A stretch of 64,000 bases of DNA. Origin: the human T2T-CHM13v2.0 reference genome, Homo sapiens. Positions 39,716 to 61,950 of the stretch are shown one piece after another. The position numbers and the translations under genes are program-made. Each line of letters starts with the position of its first letter. Positions within the stretch are counted from its first letter, which is position 1. The stretch lies in NCBI RefSeq assembly GCF_009914755.1, contig NC_060928.1. One strand, 5' to 3'. The notes under the pieces are model-generated. The model had not been told where the DNA came from, made no database searches, and worked only from the letters and a program-made list of their open reading frames with translations.

Positions 39716-40188
39716 GTCTGGAACCATCCTATATACTAGCAATATTCACTATCTCAGAAGGGATCTGAGAGTTAAGAATCAAATCTGTAAGAACTTTGTA
39801 AGATTTGGAACGAGCCATCTAACCCAGCATTATTTCCTTCCTGCGACTTAAAGCCAAGTAACCATCCCCCATCCACCCAACCCCCATCTTCCCTTCAACA
39901 TCAAATGAACCAGCAGCCTTTTAGTGACTTGAACCATGAAAGTAAAAAGAATTAGAGAAAATTGCAGCTGTGTAAAACATAAGTCAAAGCCTAGTCCAAA
40001 ATCTCCCCTCCCTTCTATCTAATTTTAAAAGAAAGGAAAGTGAAAGGCAGTGAGGAGAAGGGCCATGGCCAGGGTCAATTGTCTGAGGTGATATAAGCCA
40101 AGAACAGATCTTGTAGAAGACTGGGTCCTGGTCCAAAGACCTGGTTTTTCCAAACCTGACCTCCTTTGGGAAGCTTTACAAGAGTCTT

Positions 40189-41429
<1,241 letters not shown>

Positions 41430-41707
41430 TTAACTAATTAATTGTGAAAACTTCAGGCGCTTCATATCCTTTTGGAAACTGAACCATCTTATGCAAAACG
41501 AATAACCACACCATCTGTGGCTCAATTAAGCAATAATAAATACAATTACACCTCATGGGCTCCACTGGTGTTGACATGATATTGGAGAATAAAATGCTAC
41601 AGTCACTGACAGTTTCTATAGCCACGGTTGCAAAACATTATCTGTCATAGCTTCTTCTACCTCCATCCAATTCTAAAGCTTCATGACTTTTTAAAACATC
41701 ACTTCTT

Positions 41708-42085
<378 letters not shown>

Positions 42086-42444
42086 TCATTTTTTTTAGAA
42101 TAATCTCTGCTTGGGAGGTTGTAGTGTGGCGCTAAAAACAAACGGATAAAGCTTCCACCGCTATAAGCTCCAAAAGCCCTGTGTGTTGCTCACCCTCATA
42201 TCCCCAGTTCGCTTTAGGTACTAGAAACTCAAAAACTCAGTTTGCTAGAGATACAAATCAGCCTTTCATTATGTGGTTTAAAATGTGCCTGTATCAGCTT
42301 TCTAATTTCCACCCACATAATATGCAGAAGAAACACAGCAGACCCTTTTTACAAAGCTTACAAAAGTTAGGTAAGAGACACACAAGAAATACATTTACGT
42401 GTTCTAATGGATCCATTTTTACAGTGTCAATATTTACAGCATGA

Positions 42445-45540
<3,096 letters not shown>

Positions 45541-45551
45541 AGTCTGTATCT

Positions 45552-46210
<659 letters not shown>

Positions 46211-46324
46211 TCATTTAATTCATATTTACTGGTTCTATATTTTAGTAAATAATTACCACCAGCTCCCTCTATATAGTATATTACCAAAGACAAGTCTAAT
46301 TTAACATTTATATGCTATTCATTT

Positions 46325-46469
46325 TTTCTTTTCTTTAAAAAAATTTTTTTAATAGAGAAGGGTTTTCGCCATGTTGCCCAGGCTGCTTTTTAACTCCTGG
46401 GCTCAAGCAATCCACCCACCTCAGTCTCCCAAAGTGCTGGGATTACAGGCGTGAGCCACTGCACCCGGC
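46325..46469 (-). mobile_element. FLAM_C
   Basis: Reverse-complement left monomer; TSD ctattcattt. Confidence 0.85.
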
Positions 46470-47699
46470 CCCCCTATTCATTTCTAATGTCCCATTCAGT
46501 GCATATGATAAGAAATAAGATGATTTGCAGAAAGAACTATGAACATTAGCTCTTTGTTTATTAGGCATAATTTGTCTGTGTATTTTTTGAACTCCTCAAC
46601 AAATTGTGATGATGTCTTCCAAATCAATTTAGAAGGAAACAAACAAAAAAAAAAAACCCAAAATCCAAATAATTCTAAATCAGCCACAAACCATGACTGA
46701 CAATAGTCAGAAATAACTAAATCCAGGCTCTTCATCTACCCTCAGCAGACTTTATGTACTATTGCCTTTTTTTTACTGCAAAGAACCTTCCTGGAGTCTG
46801 TACTACCTTCAAGATGGTTTTAGGGTCCCCAAGCCTAGTAGCCACAGGATTCTAACAGCAACTGAGGAAGCCTTTTTCAGTGAATTATGGATCTAAACAA
46901 GGCAAATGAACGCAGAGAGGGAACTGTGCCTCCAAAGGCCACGAAAAGCAATTTTGCCAAACCTAGGTAATTGTCCAAAGGAGAGAACGAAGCCAGGGCT
47001 AGCAAACAAACATGACAGATCAGAGAATTGTTTTGCCACTTTGTAAAGGCAAGATCAAGTATTTGTACAAAGGTTCTGGGGAAAAATTAAAGACTCAAAC
47101 AATGACTCTAGCACTTCCGTTTCATGCCAGGTCAAGACAAAAATACCTAATTGAGCTCTGCAGCTGAGAACAATCTAAATGGAATCCTGTAGCAGCAATT
47201 GGCACTTGTGGAAACCTCAAAGGTGAAAAGAGATAGTTAAGAAAATTTGTCTTGACAGTTACTTTCAGAAAATCATTAATTATAATTAAATGACAGTAGA
47301 AAAGGTGATAAACAATATAGTAACATAAGTCAGTCAAGTGTAATTATCTGTAGGGCATGCGATTCACAAAATGGTTCAAACAGAGGGCTACACATTTAGA
47401 TGTAAATCACAAAAAGATTGCCAAAGAGGAGGCTTTGATTTGGAAACAGGGAAGCTCTGAAATGGGGAAGTGCTGAAACGATTGCGACATCCCCACATTT
47501 GGCCCTGCCTTGCACGTTACTTAGTCATCAGCCTCCATCAAGGACTTGTGGTGGCAGAGAAAATAAACCACAGAAAACATGGCAGCCTCCTGGGAGAGGT
47601 CTGGGAGAAAACCCATGCTCATTCAGAAAGGTATGTTCGTGGTTGTATTTCGAGTAAAACGCATTCAGTCACGCTTGAAATGTGTAAAAGCCTGTGTGT

Positions 47700-48620
<921 letters not shown>

Positions 48621-49146
48621 CAGACGTATCCACCCTTCCGTGACTAGCTCTAGCCAATGGAGAAAGGGCAAGACCTTTCATACATGACCAGGGTGTATGA
48701 GAACATGGGTGTTACCATTTAATTTCAGGGTCTGTGTGCCTCCTGCAGTTCCCACCGGAGAAGTGACTCCTAGGTTTCAGGCTGGGCTTGTCCGTATCAT
48801 ATGAGCTGGCAGTTTCTGTTTACTCATTGGCAAACTGACATATACCTTGAGGTAGATGCTGGAGCCCACAATGTGGAGCAAAAAGCAAAGGAGGTCCCTG
48901 GGCCAAACTACTGTTTGCACCAAATGGGAAGGGCTAACTTGTTATTGGATTTCTCTTTGCTCTGCAAATAGGATTTCACTAGAGGCAATTCTTCTAATAC
49001 TTCTTCAGCCACCTGTCCTTCCTCATCTCTTTTCTTAGTAACTAAGAGTACACTGTCAGCCCACCAGAAAAGCCACACTGCTGTGATTCATTGATATTCA
49101 CCTGATACTGCCCTTTCACTCTTGGATTTCTTGGTTGACCCTCCGT

Positions 49147-49311
49147 ATTTTTTAGAGGTGAGATCTCACTATGTTACCCAGGCTGGAGTGCAGTGGCTAG
49201 TCACAGGCGCAATCATAACGTACTAAAGCCTTGAGCGCCTGTCATCCAGCGACGCTCCTGCCTCAGCCTCCCAAGTAGCTGGGACCACAGGCATGAACCA
49301 CCACGCTCAGC
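49147..49311 (-). mobile_element. FAM (fossil Alu monomer)
   Basis: gtgcagtggctagtcacaggcgcaatcata, the 7SL-derived segment retained in FAM. Confidence 0.75.
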
Positions 49312-49458
49312 TCTTCACTCTCCCTAATTTTGAGAAAACATACTTTTTTCCTTCTAGTAATGACCTAATAAGTTTTTTCTAATTACGAAAAAATGCACTT
49401 TTTTCCTCCTCATCATTGCTTATTGGCAACTCTCAGCCTTTTAAAGGATATTAAATAG

Positions 49459-50782
<1,324 letters not shown>

Positions 50783-52174
50783 TAAGCCATCTTTTTAAAA
50801 GTCACAGTGCTATTATCATCACCAACTTGGAACCCTCGTTTTTGAAACACAAATGGTTTACCTGAGCTTACAAGGCTCAAATACACATTTTCAGAATAGG
50901 AATTAAATTGATCTAAGAGAAACAACACCTGAAAAAACCCTGTCCATTTTGTACTTCTGTACTTTTTGTTTTTCTTGGGGCACGTGAAATGCTTTACAAA
51001 CATGATTGAGCCAGGTCTCAGTGCTCTGAAAGGTAGATACTTTTTATTATAATATTAATATGCTGACATTTCCTTGGTCAGGTACAGGCGTCCTGTTCCT
51101 GTTTCAGCTGCACAATGCCCTGCATTCATTGTACACTCACCCACTGCCCATTGGTACATATACTTAACTCTTGCTCACCCACATGTGGATTATCCATAGC
51201 GTCTGGGAACGGGTTGTCTTCCACCCCAGCTGGTGGATACTCAGGGAATATGAGCAAAACTGACAATTCATTGAAGCAAGGCACAATCAGGAGGCTCATT
51301 CAGCGTACACCCACCAGGAACCCACTGTGGTCTTCGTGCAGGGCCACCATGTTCATGAGAACCACAAATATATAGCATCCCCAAAGACAAATATCGTGAT
51401 TTGGGGAGACTGGATGTTGTTTTCTTGATTAATGTGGCTGAGTGTAATCTATAAATAAAGCATACATTTTGCAGAACCAGAAATCTCCTGAGACCAAAAG
51501 ATTGATATTTTCCTAAAACACAAAGGGTTTTCAGGGTTACACTAGCACTCTGTCTTCTCCCGATGTCATCTCCCTGAAATGGCCTTCAGAAAAGCAGAGA
51601 TTGTGCTTTTGATTTCTAAAATGACTCCACTCTAAAAGCTTTGATAGGGTGCACCAAAAGAGCTACTATAGTCACAATCACTTTTACGTGATCAGCTTAT
51701 TTATGTATTTTACTTTACAAACACATAAACCATATGCATCTAGACACACCCACAAATCGTTGTTTACATAAACTAAGTTCCTATGATGACAAAAATGGAA
51801 GATTCATAACAACCAAAAAAGATGCTCCTGTTAAATATGCAAGTTACATAAACTGAGCTGTAATTGTTTTGTTTTGTTTTTTCAGGTGTACTTAAACCAC
51901 ACAGAAAGTAGAGGAAAGGCAGACAGTGGGAGTATGGTTGAAGGGTTTGTGCCTTTTGTAATCAGTTTACTTTTGGTTTTACCAAGAGATGATATCTTGA
52001 ATTCATTCAAACTAGTGTCTATTGCAGTACACTAGGAACATTTGAATTACAAAAGGAGAGGAGGAGCCTCCACTTCCCACAGTTGCTAGTTTACCTGCAA
52101 TCCTTTGAGGGCAGTGGTAATCTCCATGTGAGCTTTCTGGTAAATTCCACACTAGGACCACATTCAGAACTTAC

Positions 52175-52377
52175 CTGTTTCTTGGCCGTTTATTCCTCTA
52201 GACACTCTCTCCCTTTCTACTTTCGCTGGAAAATGAAAGTTTTCCTCCCCCACACCTTTTTCAGAGCAAAAGATACGAGAACCTTAAAAGCAGGTGGTCA
52301 TTGACTTCAAGGGGACGAGATCGCCCTCCCCACTGCCTCTCCCCATACAGACGCTGACAGAATAGACGGGGAAGCAA
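52175..52377 (-). other. Candidate cassette or alternative 5'UTR exon
   Basis: Perfect donor CAG|GTAAGT (GT 52174-52173); acceptor ctgattgcttctgtttctctcatag| at 52377, alternative acceptor at 52353. Confidence 0.35.
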
Positions 52378-55031
52378 CTATGAGAGAAACAGAAGCAATC
52401 AGAACTCCAGCTCAGACGACCTCAGGAGTTTTACCAACAGGATGATTCAGGACCACACACAAAAAATGGCAGGGTGCCATTTCCCCCGAATCTCTCCCGC
52501 ATAAGATGGAAACAACAACTTGAGGTGGCAACTGAGCAATTAGTTACTGATCATTTCTATGACAATTCTCTGAAGGCTCCAAAGGCCTCCTATCTTGAAA
52601 CCCAGGTCATCTCTGCATTGCTATTATTGAAAATCTTTATCCAGTTGCTCTTTGAAGCCACTACTTGGAGCAGTAATGTTGGGACCAACACACACCTTTT
52701 ATGATATTAAACCAGAAAATCAGCATCATCATTAAGACACAGAGACTGTTCCCAAGAGGGAAAGAAAATATATCTCCTAATCAGGCCAGTAGCTGAAACA
52801 CTGCAATATAACCTGTAGCTTGGAATCACGGTGACAAGCACTTAAAGCTGCATTTAATGTCTTCATTGTAACTTCATCAAAGTTTGGCACACAAATTCTA
52901 CCTTTATTCTAAGCATACCCTTTTTTCTAAGTCTCATGAATCCCAAACTTAAACCCTCTTCAGAGTTTTTTTTCCCCAGAATTATGTATCTTCTGGGATT
53001 ACCTAATCACAGTTTCACTTGAGCCTGGGTCCAATTTTAAGAAAATCTCCCTCCCTTCACGCTTATATCCACTCCCCTGACCTTTTCTGAAAAATCAAGA
53101 GACTTAAGATGTGGAGGCGGAAACTTACTGAAATAGCCAAATGCTTTTCTATAGCAATGAAAGCTCAGTCATTTGGGACATGATTTAATCTTGAGCTTCA
53201 GAGCAGAATTTGAAAAGCAAATTAAATCCTTTTGTAAGAAAATAATTTCATCTTAACCCAATCTTTTAAAAAATCATTACCTAGAACAGTAAACCAAATA
53301 GTCTAATATGAATGTTCTTATCATGTGAGGAAAAAAATGAGTAGTCTTTAACACTAGTTAGAGCAAGTCTATAGAACACGTGTCCAGAAGCATGTAGTTC
53401 CCTTGCTTTCTGTCTTTATTTCATCCTCAGTATCACTACTGCTTTGGGCAGAATTCTTTCAAAATTTAATTTAAAGCAGCACAGTGGGGGAATCAAAAAT
53501 AAATATGTTGACTATTAAAAATATAGAGATTGGTAAAAAAAATGATGATGATGAATTCTCAATCCTACAAACTTCTGTAAACGCAAAAACCAAGAGGAAG
53601 ATAATAAATCTTTAATAATTGATTGATATTCAGAATATCTTGATCTAATTAATTTAAAGCATGGCCTACCTAGCCAGGTAAAGGACGGCACAGCTAGGCT
53701 TATTTCTTCATTTGACACATACTGAAAGTTAATAATGAAGCTAGGTGCTTGGGAAATTTCTGAGACCCCATCCTTCCAGCATGCAATAATTAAGTCAAAG
53801 AGGCCAACAGTGTGTATATCAGAACAAGGTGAAGGGTAAAGCAGACCAGAAAAAAATATTAAAAACCAAACCATCTCCTCCTTTCTTTTTTTCCTTCTGT
53901 TTTCCTTTCAGACTGGGTTGATTTTAGTTCCCTCCAAGACTTCAAGTCATTGATCTAACAAAGATCATTGTTTAAATTAATAGCAACACAAACTCCCACA
54001 AAGTGATCTCTTCTTATGCTCTAGGTTGAGTACTTTGGTTTATCTAGAGGTTGTGTGTTACGCCGCTGACCACCTTTCACCTTTTAGAATCGGCACCTGC
54101 AATTCTCAAATGCTCTGGATCTAATTGCCAACCTTTTGAGCTCAAAACTTCGGCAACTCCTTCATGTTGGGTTGTCAACCCTTTGCTTTCCCTCCCCTGA
54201 GAAATTCGTATGACCTTGCCTTAAAACTTTTAAAGAATACATTTTAAAATCTATATTCCTGCTAAAGAAAACAGTGAGTCATTAAAATACCACCAGATAA
54301 AAAAAAAAGGTTTGATTTTTAGTTCAGGTCGGTAATGGCCTGTAAGTACCTTGAAGATGGTATCTTCCTATCACTTATGCCTTGGGACAGTACCCAAGAG
54401 TGGCTGAACTTTTACCTAATTAAAAAATGAGTCATTTATTTGAAAAATTCCACTTCCATTTATTTTATCTGATTTCTTAAATATCCGGTCAACTGCTAAT
54501 TTGTCAGATGTCATAATTCGTCAGTCCTACCCTTTTCTACAGGCTGAATTTTTAATTTGAAACAACTACACCTCTACCGAGTGTTACTTTCAGACGTAAA
54601 TTACTGCAGGAAGACCCCCCTCTGCCTTGGTTAACACTTAAATGAGATGCCTCCTGTCCAGGACGCTTCCTCAGTCTCACTGTAATAATCTGAGTCTAAA
54701 GTCACCTGTGCTTCTGGGCGGTCCAATCATGTATTTTCAAGAGTGAAAAAAAAAAATCAGTTTCTTTTATGGGAAAAGATTCATCACTACAGGAAACACG
54801 ATGGGACTGACTGTATATGATTATCTGCCTTCCCAGAGGTTGACCCTTTTAAAACCGTTTTATAAACCCTTTATTTCCCACTAAATATACCAAGAGACAG
54901 AAGATGAGTGATAGCATGAGGGATAAGGGCTAAAGAGAGAAGAATAAGAAAAAAATATACACTTCAAAAATTGGGACCCAAATGTAAGATTAAGGGACAA
55001 TAGTTAGAAGGACTACCAAAAACCACCTTAC

Positions 55032-55500
55032 CTTTCCTTGTTAAGTTTTTGGAGCCGCCCACTTCAGAAATTAACACCATTCACAGCCCAGGAGCAACTT
55101 AACACAGCTAGGAAGTCACCTACAACATCTTCTCGTCCGCCTTCTTTTTAATGTAAAACCAAAATAAGGAGTGTCCAGCGACTCCCCACCGCGCCGCTTA
55201 AAGCAACAGAGCGTTTTAGGCTTAACTCCCAGGCTCTGGGAATTCCAGTGGGTCAGAATTGCTTAACCTTGGAGACTTGCAGAGAGAAAGTCTCCAGGAG
55301 GACCGCTCCCCAAACCCTGGTTTCTCTCTATCCCAAGCTGCACATTCCACAGTGGAAAGCGGGAGCGGCGACCCGAAGGCAGCGAAGTTCTCTCGGGCTC
55401 AGCTCCCGAGGCCGGGAGCGCGCGGCGGTTCCACCCGCAGAGCGGCGCCGCGTCCCGGCTGCGTGGGGCGCTGCGCACGGGAGCGCTCAGCGTCTAGTCT
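55032..55500 (-). other. RBM47: Non-coding first exon (5'UTR), probably RBM47 exon 1
   Basis: Starts in the CpG island and ends at a strong donor AAG|GTAAGG (GT at 55031-55030). Minus-strand start AGACTAGACGCTGAGCGCTCCCGTGCG and ~469 nt length match my recollection of RBM47 exon 1; not verified by search. Confidence 0.72.
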
Positions 55501-56480
55501 GCGGGCCCTTCCCGGTTCCCTCCCTCTCTCCTCCCGCCGCCCGCCCCCTGCCGAGGCCATCCGCCTCACAGTAGCAAGGTTGTCTCTCGTCTACTCCCTT
55601 CCCTTAAACTCACCAAACCAGATTTTTACTCCCAACACCGGCAACTTCCCGTAAATCTGCCCTGAAATTTTATCCTGCTGGCTGAGCCTCCCCTGGCTAA
55701 AGGCCAGTGCCACATTCCTGTTGTTTTTTAGGAGCGCAGATACCTTTGCTGAAGGTTCAAAGAAAATCGGCCTTGATGGCAGAGATTGGGGGACTTGACC
55801 AGACGGACTTCTCTCCCCGCCCCAAAAGTCACATGCCTTTCAGACACCCAGAAGTGGCACCTGCTCCACCTGGGGGCATCTGTCCGAGTCAGACGCTCGG
55901 CCCCCTTCGGGCTGCTCCGAGAAACCCAGCCAGAACCACGTTGGAGAAATTAGGAACCTGCTGCTGAATTTCAAGCCGATCGGAACCGCCCCGCTCCCCT
56001 TCTTCCCCCCATAAACAAGTCGCTGGACGAGGTGGGATCTCTGCGACCCCCGCGTGCCCGGGGAGAGCTCCCGGGGCGAGTTCCCGGGGCGTCCTTACCT
56101 GGGGCCGAGCATGGCTTGGCCGCGCGCAGGCAGGAGCGTCACGCGGACGGGGCCCTGACCTTTGCCGGGGCCTTCGCAGCAGGGCCTGGGGCCTGGGCGC
56201 TGCTCGTTCAGAAGTGGCTCATTTTAGTGCGCTCTGACCTAGAGTTACGGAGGGTTTCTAGAAAGGGAACAAAAAAACACTGCATTTAGAAACAGCAGCC
56301 AAGCCCTCGCTTCACCTTGCCTGCTCTCTGGGGAGTTGGCTCGAACCCCCACCCCATCCCAATTCCCAAGAAACCCAGATGTCCGCAATCCGCGCCCCAC
56401 CCCCTCCGCCTTACCTGTTTATACAAGAGTTAAGGAGCCTCCCGCATTTCAGTGGAGCGCTAAGCCTGTTTGTAGGCGCG
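55180..56480. promoter_or_regulatory. CpG island, TATA-less promoter
   Basis: Dense CpG and high GC in two cores (~55360-55570 and ~55890-56210); GC boxes at 55531-55548; no TATA box at -30 of the inferred start. Confidence 0.9.
56099..56240 (-). other. Candidate alternative first exon (5' end uncertain)
   Basis: Donor CAG|GTAAGG (GT at 56098-56097) in the distal CpG core; contains gccATG at 56112-56110. Confidence 0.5.
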
Positions 56481-56549
56481 GAATGGGCCAACAGGAATCG
56501 AATTCTGTGACTAAACAAACTAGAAGAGGAAGCAGGCACCACCAGGAAC
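56415..56549 (-). other. Candidate upstream 5'UTR exon
   Basis: Acceptor ctctgttttag|G at 56549; donor CAG|GTAAGG (GT 56414-56413); G-runs follow the donor. Confidence 0.5.
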
Positions 56550-57369
56550 CTAAAACAGAGTTGTGATTTCGGGTTGCAGTGTCATTCAGCTGAGGGGAAA
56601 GAAAAAAATACCGGGCTACTTTAGTGAAAGAATGTTCCAAAAATGGTTCTTTGCTGGTTGAGTTAACACATGCAAAGAGCTTAGAACGGTGCCTAGCACA
56701 CAGTGTTAGCTGCCGTTATTGTTGTTGTTATTCTTCTTATTATTATTTACATTATGGCTTTTTTCTGAAGAAGAGTGTGTGGTCAGAGTTAGACATGGGC
56801 TGTAGCACCAGCATTGCCACTCACCAGCTGTGAGGCCATGAGCAAGATATTTAATCTCTCCCAGCCTCAGTTTCTGGAAGATTCTAACGATGGGATTTTT
56901 ACAAACAGTTTATATTCATTGCTGACAGTCTTGAATACAATGGGAAATAAAGTCCCTGTAAAGGGTAGCCAACTGAATTTCATCTCACTTAAAAGTTACA
57001 AGATTGACAACAGAAATGGAGATAAATTTGCCTGCATTCCATGAAGCTCACTAACGGGAAGGAAATTCAGGGCCCAGCAATCACCCATCTGCTATGCTTA
57101 ATTCTCATTTGTATTTTGGCACTTGACCTGGTGTCTTACCCTGGGATAGTTACTTATCCCAGACTGGGCCGGACAAATAATGACCCTTGCCGTTTGAAAA
57201 GCAGTATGAAAGAGAGGGAAATGATTTTGAAACTCCTCATAAATATTAAAAAGTGATTATTGAAGGCTAAAATGTTATCAGTGCCTCCACCCTTTATCCT
57301 CCATTTAACTTCACATTTAAAGAAAGAAATCATAATCCCTTTCCATTAGTGAGGCCCTTTCTACTTTAT

Positions 57370-57500
57370 GGAGCACTTTCACCCTTCTTACTTTATGTGA
57401 TCCTTACAAAATGATCCTATGAGCTATTTTGTCCCCATTTTGCAGATGAAGACACTGAGATCACACAGGTTAAGTGTAAGTCCAAGGTGGTGAGGCCAGG
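57370..57500 (-). mobile_element. MIR
   Basis: ccccattttgcagatgaagacactgag..ggttaagtg..ccaaggt. Confidence 0.8.
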
Positions 57501-58083
57501 ACTGGTTCTCAGTTCTAGTTAATTTTTTTTTAAGTTGAAAAATCAAACTGGATTTATTAAAATATATATAAATAACCCTCATTTTTCTTTATTTCATCAG
57601 TATTGGAAAGTTAAGTGAAAATTAATTAAAAAGTAGTAGTCCTAAGAGAGAGAAACAAAGGCTGAAGGGGTATCAAGAAAACCATAAATTTAAAAAGCAG
57701 CATTTGCCACCTTTGGGAAAAATGATTCCTTAAAACCAGCAAAGCATTCTGGAACATTTTAAATCCTTCTGATCTTTTATCTTCTCATGAGGCAAAATTT
57801 AACCCAGACAAATTCAACATTTCCTGTGTTTTAGGTTCATTCTTTGTCGATACCAGCCAGCATGTACTGTGAACAGCAGGCAGTGGGAACTCTCTTAGCT
57901 AAGTTCCCTCACCAGACCTAAGGGTTGATGCTGCCAGGCACAAACAACGGCTCCACCCCCTTAAGACAACTAAAAAACCCAGCTCCATATTAGCCTGAAA
58001 TTTTCTTTTCTTTTCCAGAAGTATCTGGATTATGGCCTCAAAAAAGGCTCGCTGTCACAGACTGTCTGAGCTGAAGGATTCTA

Positions 58084-58551
<468 letters not shown>

Positions 58552-59066
58552 TTACCCTTTTTCAGATGTTGCCTGCTCCTTCTTCAGTTTTGCCCACTGA
58601 CACCTATGAAATGGGTATATCCTTTCTTTCTTTTTTTGCACTCCATATCCGCTGGAGAAATGGGTATAATTCTTGTTCCTATTTCTCACTGCCCTCCCCG
58701 GGAACATGACAAAAATAAAACAGATTTTTCTAAGTGGCAGGCTATAGCAAAACAAATGTGAACTTTTATTATTTCTTTTTTGTGGCTAACCTTGGCGCCT
58801 GTTTTATTATTATTATAATTATTTTAATTCTTAGGCCCACTCCATTTTCCTGGGGCATTTTAGTTTTCTAGACCCTTGTCTTTTACTTTCTGTTTTCTTC
58901 TTTTCCTTCTGCCTATGAGGCAATGTTCCGGAGTGAGTGCAAACAGCATGAAAATTAGTTTCCAATAGATTTGAGTTTGAATCTCAATTTTTTCTCTGAG
59001 CTATGTGATGTTGGACAAATTGCTTAATCGCTTTGAGTTTTAGTGTCTTCATTTATAAATTAATAA

Positions 59067-59711
<645 letters not shown>

Positions 59712-60019
59712 TGAAAGCTAAAATCTCAGCATGGTCCTTGGCACATAGAAGTTACTGAAGAAATGGTATTTCCTTTTGAATCTGGAAAGAAACCTGCTCC
59801 ACAGCTCACAAAGAATTGTCTTTCCCATGCTTAAGTCCTAGATCAAATAACACTATCTAAGACACCCTCATCAAGAGAGGTAAGCCACAATAGAAAAATA
59901 AGCAGTCATGTGCATACCATTTGCACTCATGGGCATAGCATGTACGTAGCATTTCCAATGATAGATTTATTATCACCTTTGATCATCACAACTGTGAGAG
60001 TTAAATATGGATAAGGCGG

Positions 60020-60333
<314 letters not shown>

Positions 60334-60487
60334 TGGATAAGGTACAAAACAGTTGTATCACCCCATGGTTCAGATTAGGAAAGTAAGGTTCTCAGTAGTT
60401 GCTATAAGTTGCAGAGCCAAGTTTTATTTTGTTTTTGTTTGTTTGTTTGTTTTTACTGCTTTTCACTATTCCACACTACTGAAACTA

Positions 60488-60968
<481 letters not shown>

Positions 60969-61709
60969 AGGAAATCCTATTTTAATCCAGAACATGCAGC
61001 TTGACCAGAGAGACCTCTCATCCCCACAGTTTCTAAAGCCTCCACTTTCCCCATAGGGTGGCCACACCCATAGAAGCTTGTTCTAAAAAATATTTTTGTT
61101 TTCAATTTTAATATTAAACTCCCACTAAATCTAATATGTGCAAATTTAAGACGTTTTATTCCAGGGCACTCTTTAATCCAAAGGATTTAGCCCAGGGCCT
61201 ACCCCTAGAATGCAGTAGCCAGCCCATAGGATGAGGGAGAGCCATTCAGAACTCATTTAGAAGGGAGTCTGGGCTGTTGGTTTCCGTGCCACACCATAGG
61301 AGGGCCCCTGACTGAATTTTAAAAATGTACTGAGTTCACAGAAAAGGGAATTAAGTATAGCAGGGGTTCACTTCGAACATTAATCTCAGAAGCCAAATCC
61401 TTCATTTTGAGAAAGGCCTTCAATGCAAGGAGTCCCTTGACCTTCGTTCTTGCACAAATAGCTCTGCCAAAGCCTGTCCCGCTGAGATGGAGGGAGCACT
61501 AATGTAAATTATAGGCTCTTAAAGGCCCACTCAAGACCACGGAATGATTTTGTTATGGCAACAAATGCTGTTAATTCCCCTGTATCCCTTTAAGACTTAT
61601 TCCCTACCAGAGACGATCTGCAGATTTCTTTCTATTTTATAATGGAAAACAGCCCCACCTAAGAAGCCCAATCATTCAGCAATAACTTATCAGAAAAGAT
61701 TGCCAACAT

Positions 61710-61950
61710 AAAATTGCTAACATTTATTAAGTGCTTACGGAGTATTTGCCAGACACTGTGCCACACACTTTACATGTATTAACTGTATAATCCTCACAAC
61801 AAGCCCATGAGCTAGAGATTGTTGTTAGACCCATTTTATACAGAAAGAGACAAAATAAGTGACATTACTGAGTTCCCACAACTAGAAAGTGGCAGAGTTG
61901 GGGTTTAACCCAGACTTTCTGGCTCATGAACCTGTAACCCTAACCATGGC
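61710..61950 (-). mobile_element. MIR
   Basis: gctaacatttattaagtgctta..atcctcacaacaagcccatgag..cccatttta..agtggcagagttgggg. Confidence 0.85.

Noticed and set aside
49147-49311. 7SL RNA gene or pseudogene
   Set aside because: Lacks the 7SL S-domain; better explained as a FAM monomer.
50862-50928. Possible 67-nt minus-strand exon (ttttttcag|...CAG|GTAAAC)
   Set aside because: Moderate sites of a kind expected by chance in a long intron.
52170-52200. Recursive splice site (AG|GTAAGT)
   Set aside because: No polypyrimidine tract directly upstream of the AG.
55248-56289. GC-rich ORFs over the CpG island
   Set aside because: Stop-poor frames are expected in GC-rich DNA; no recognisable protein similarity.
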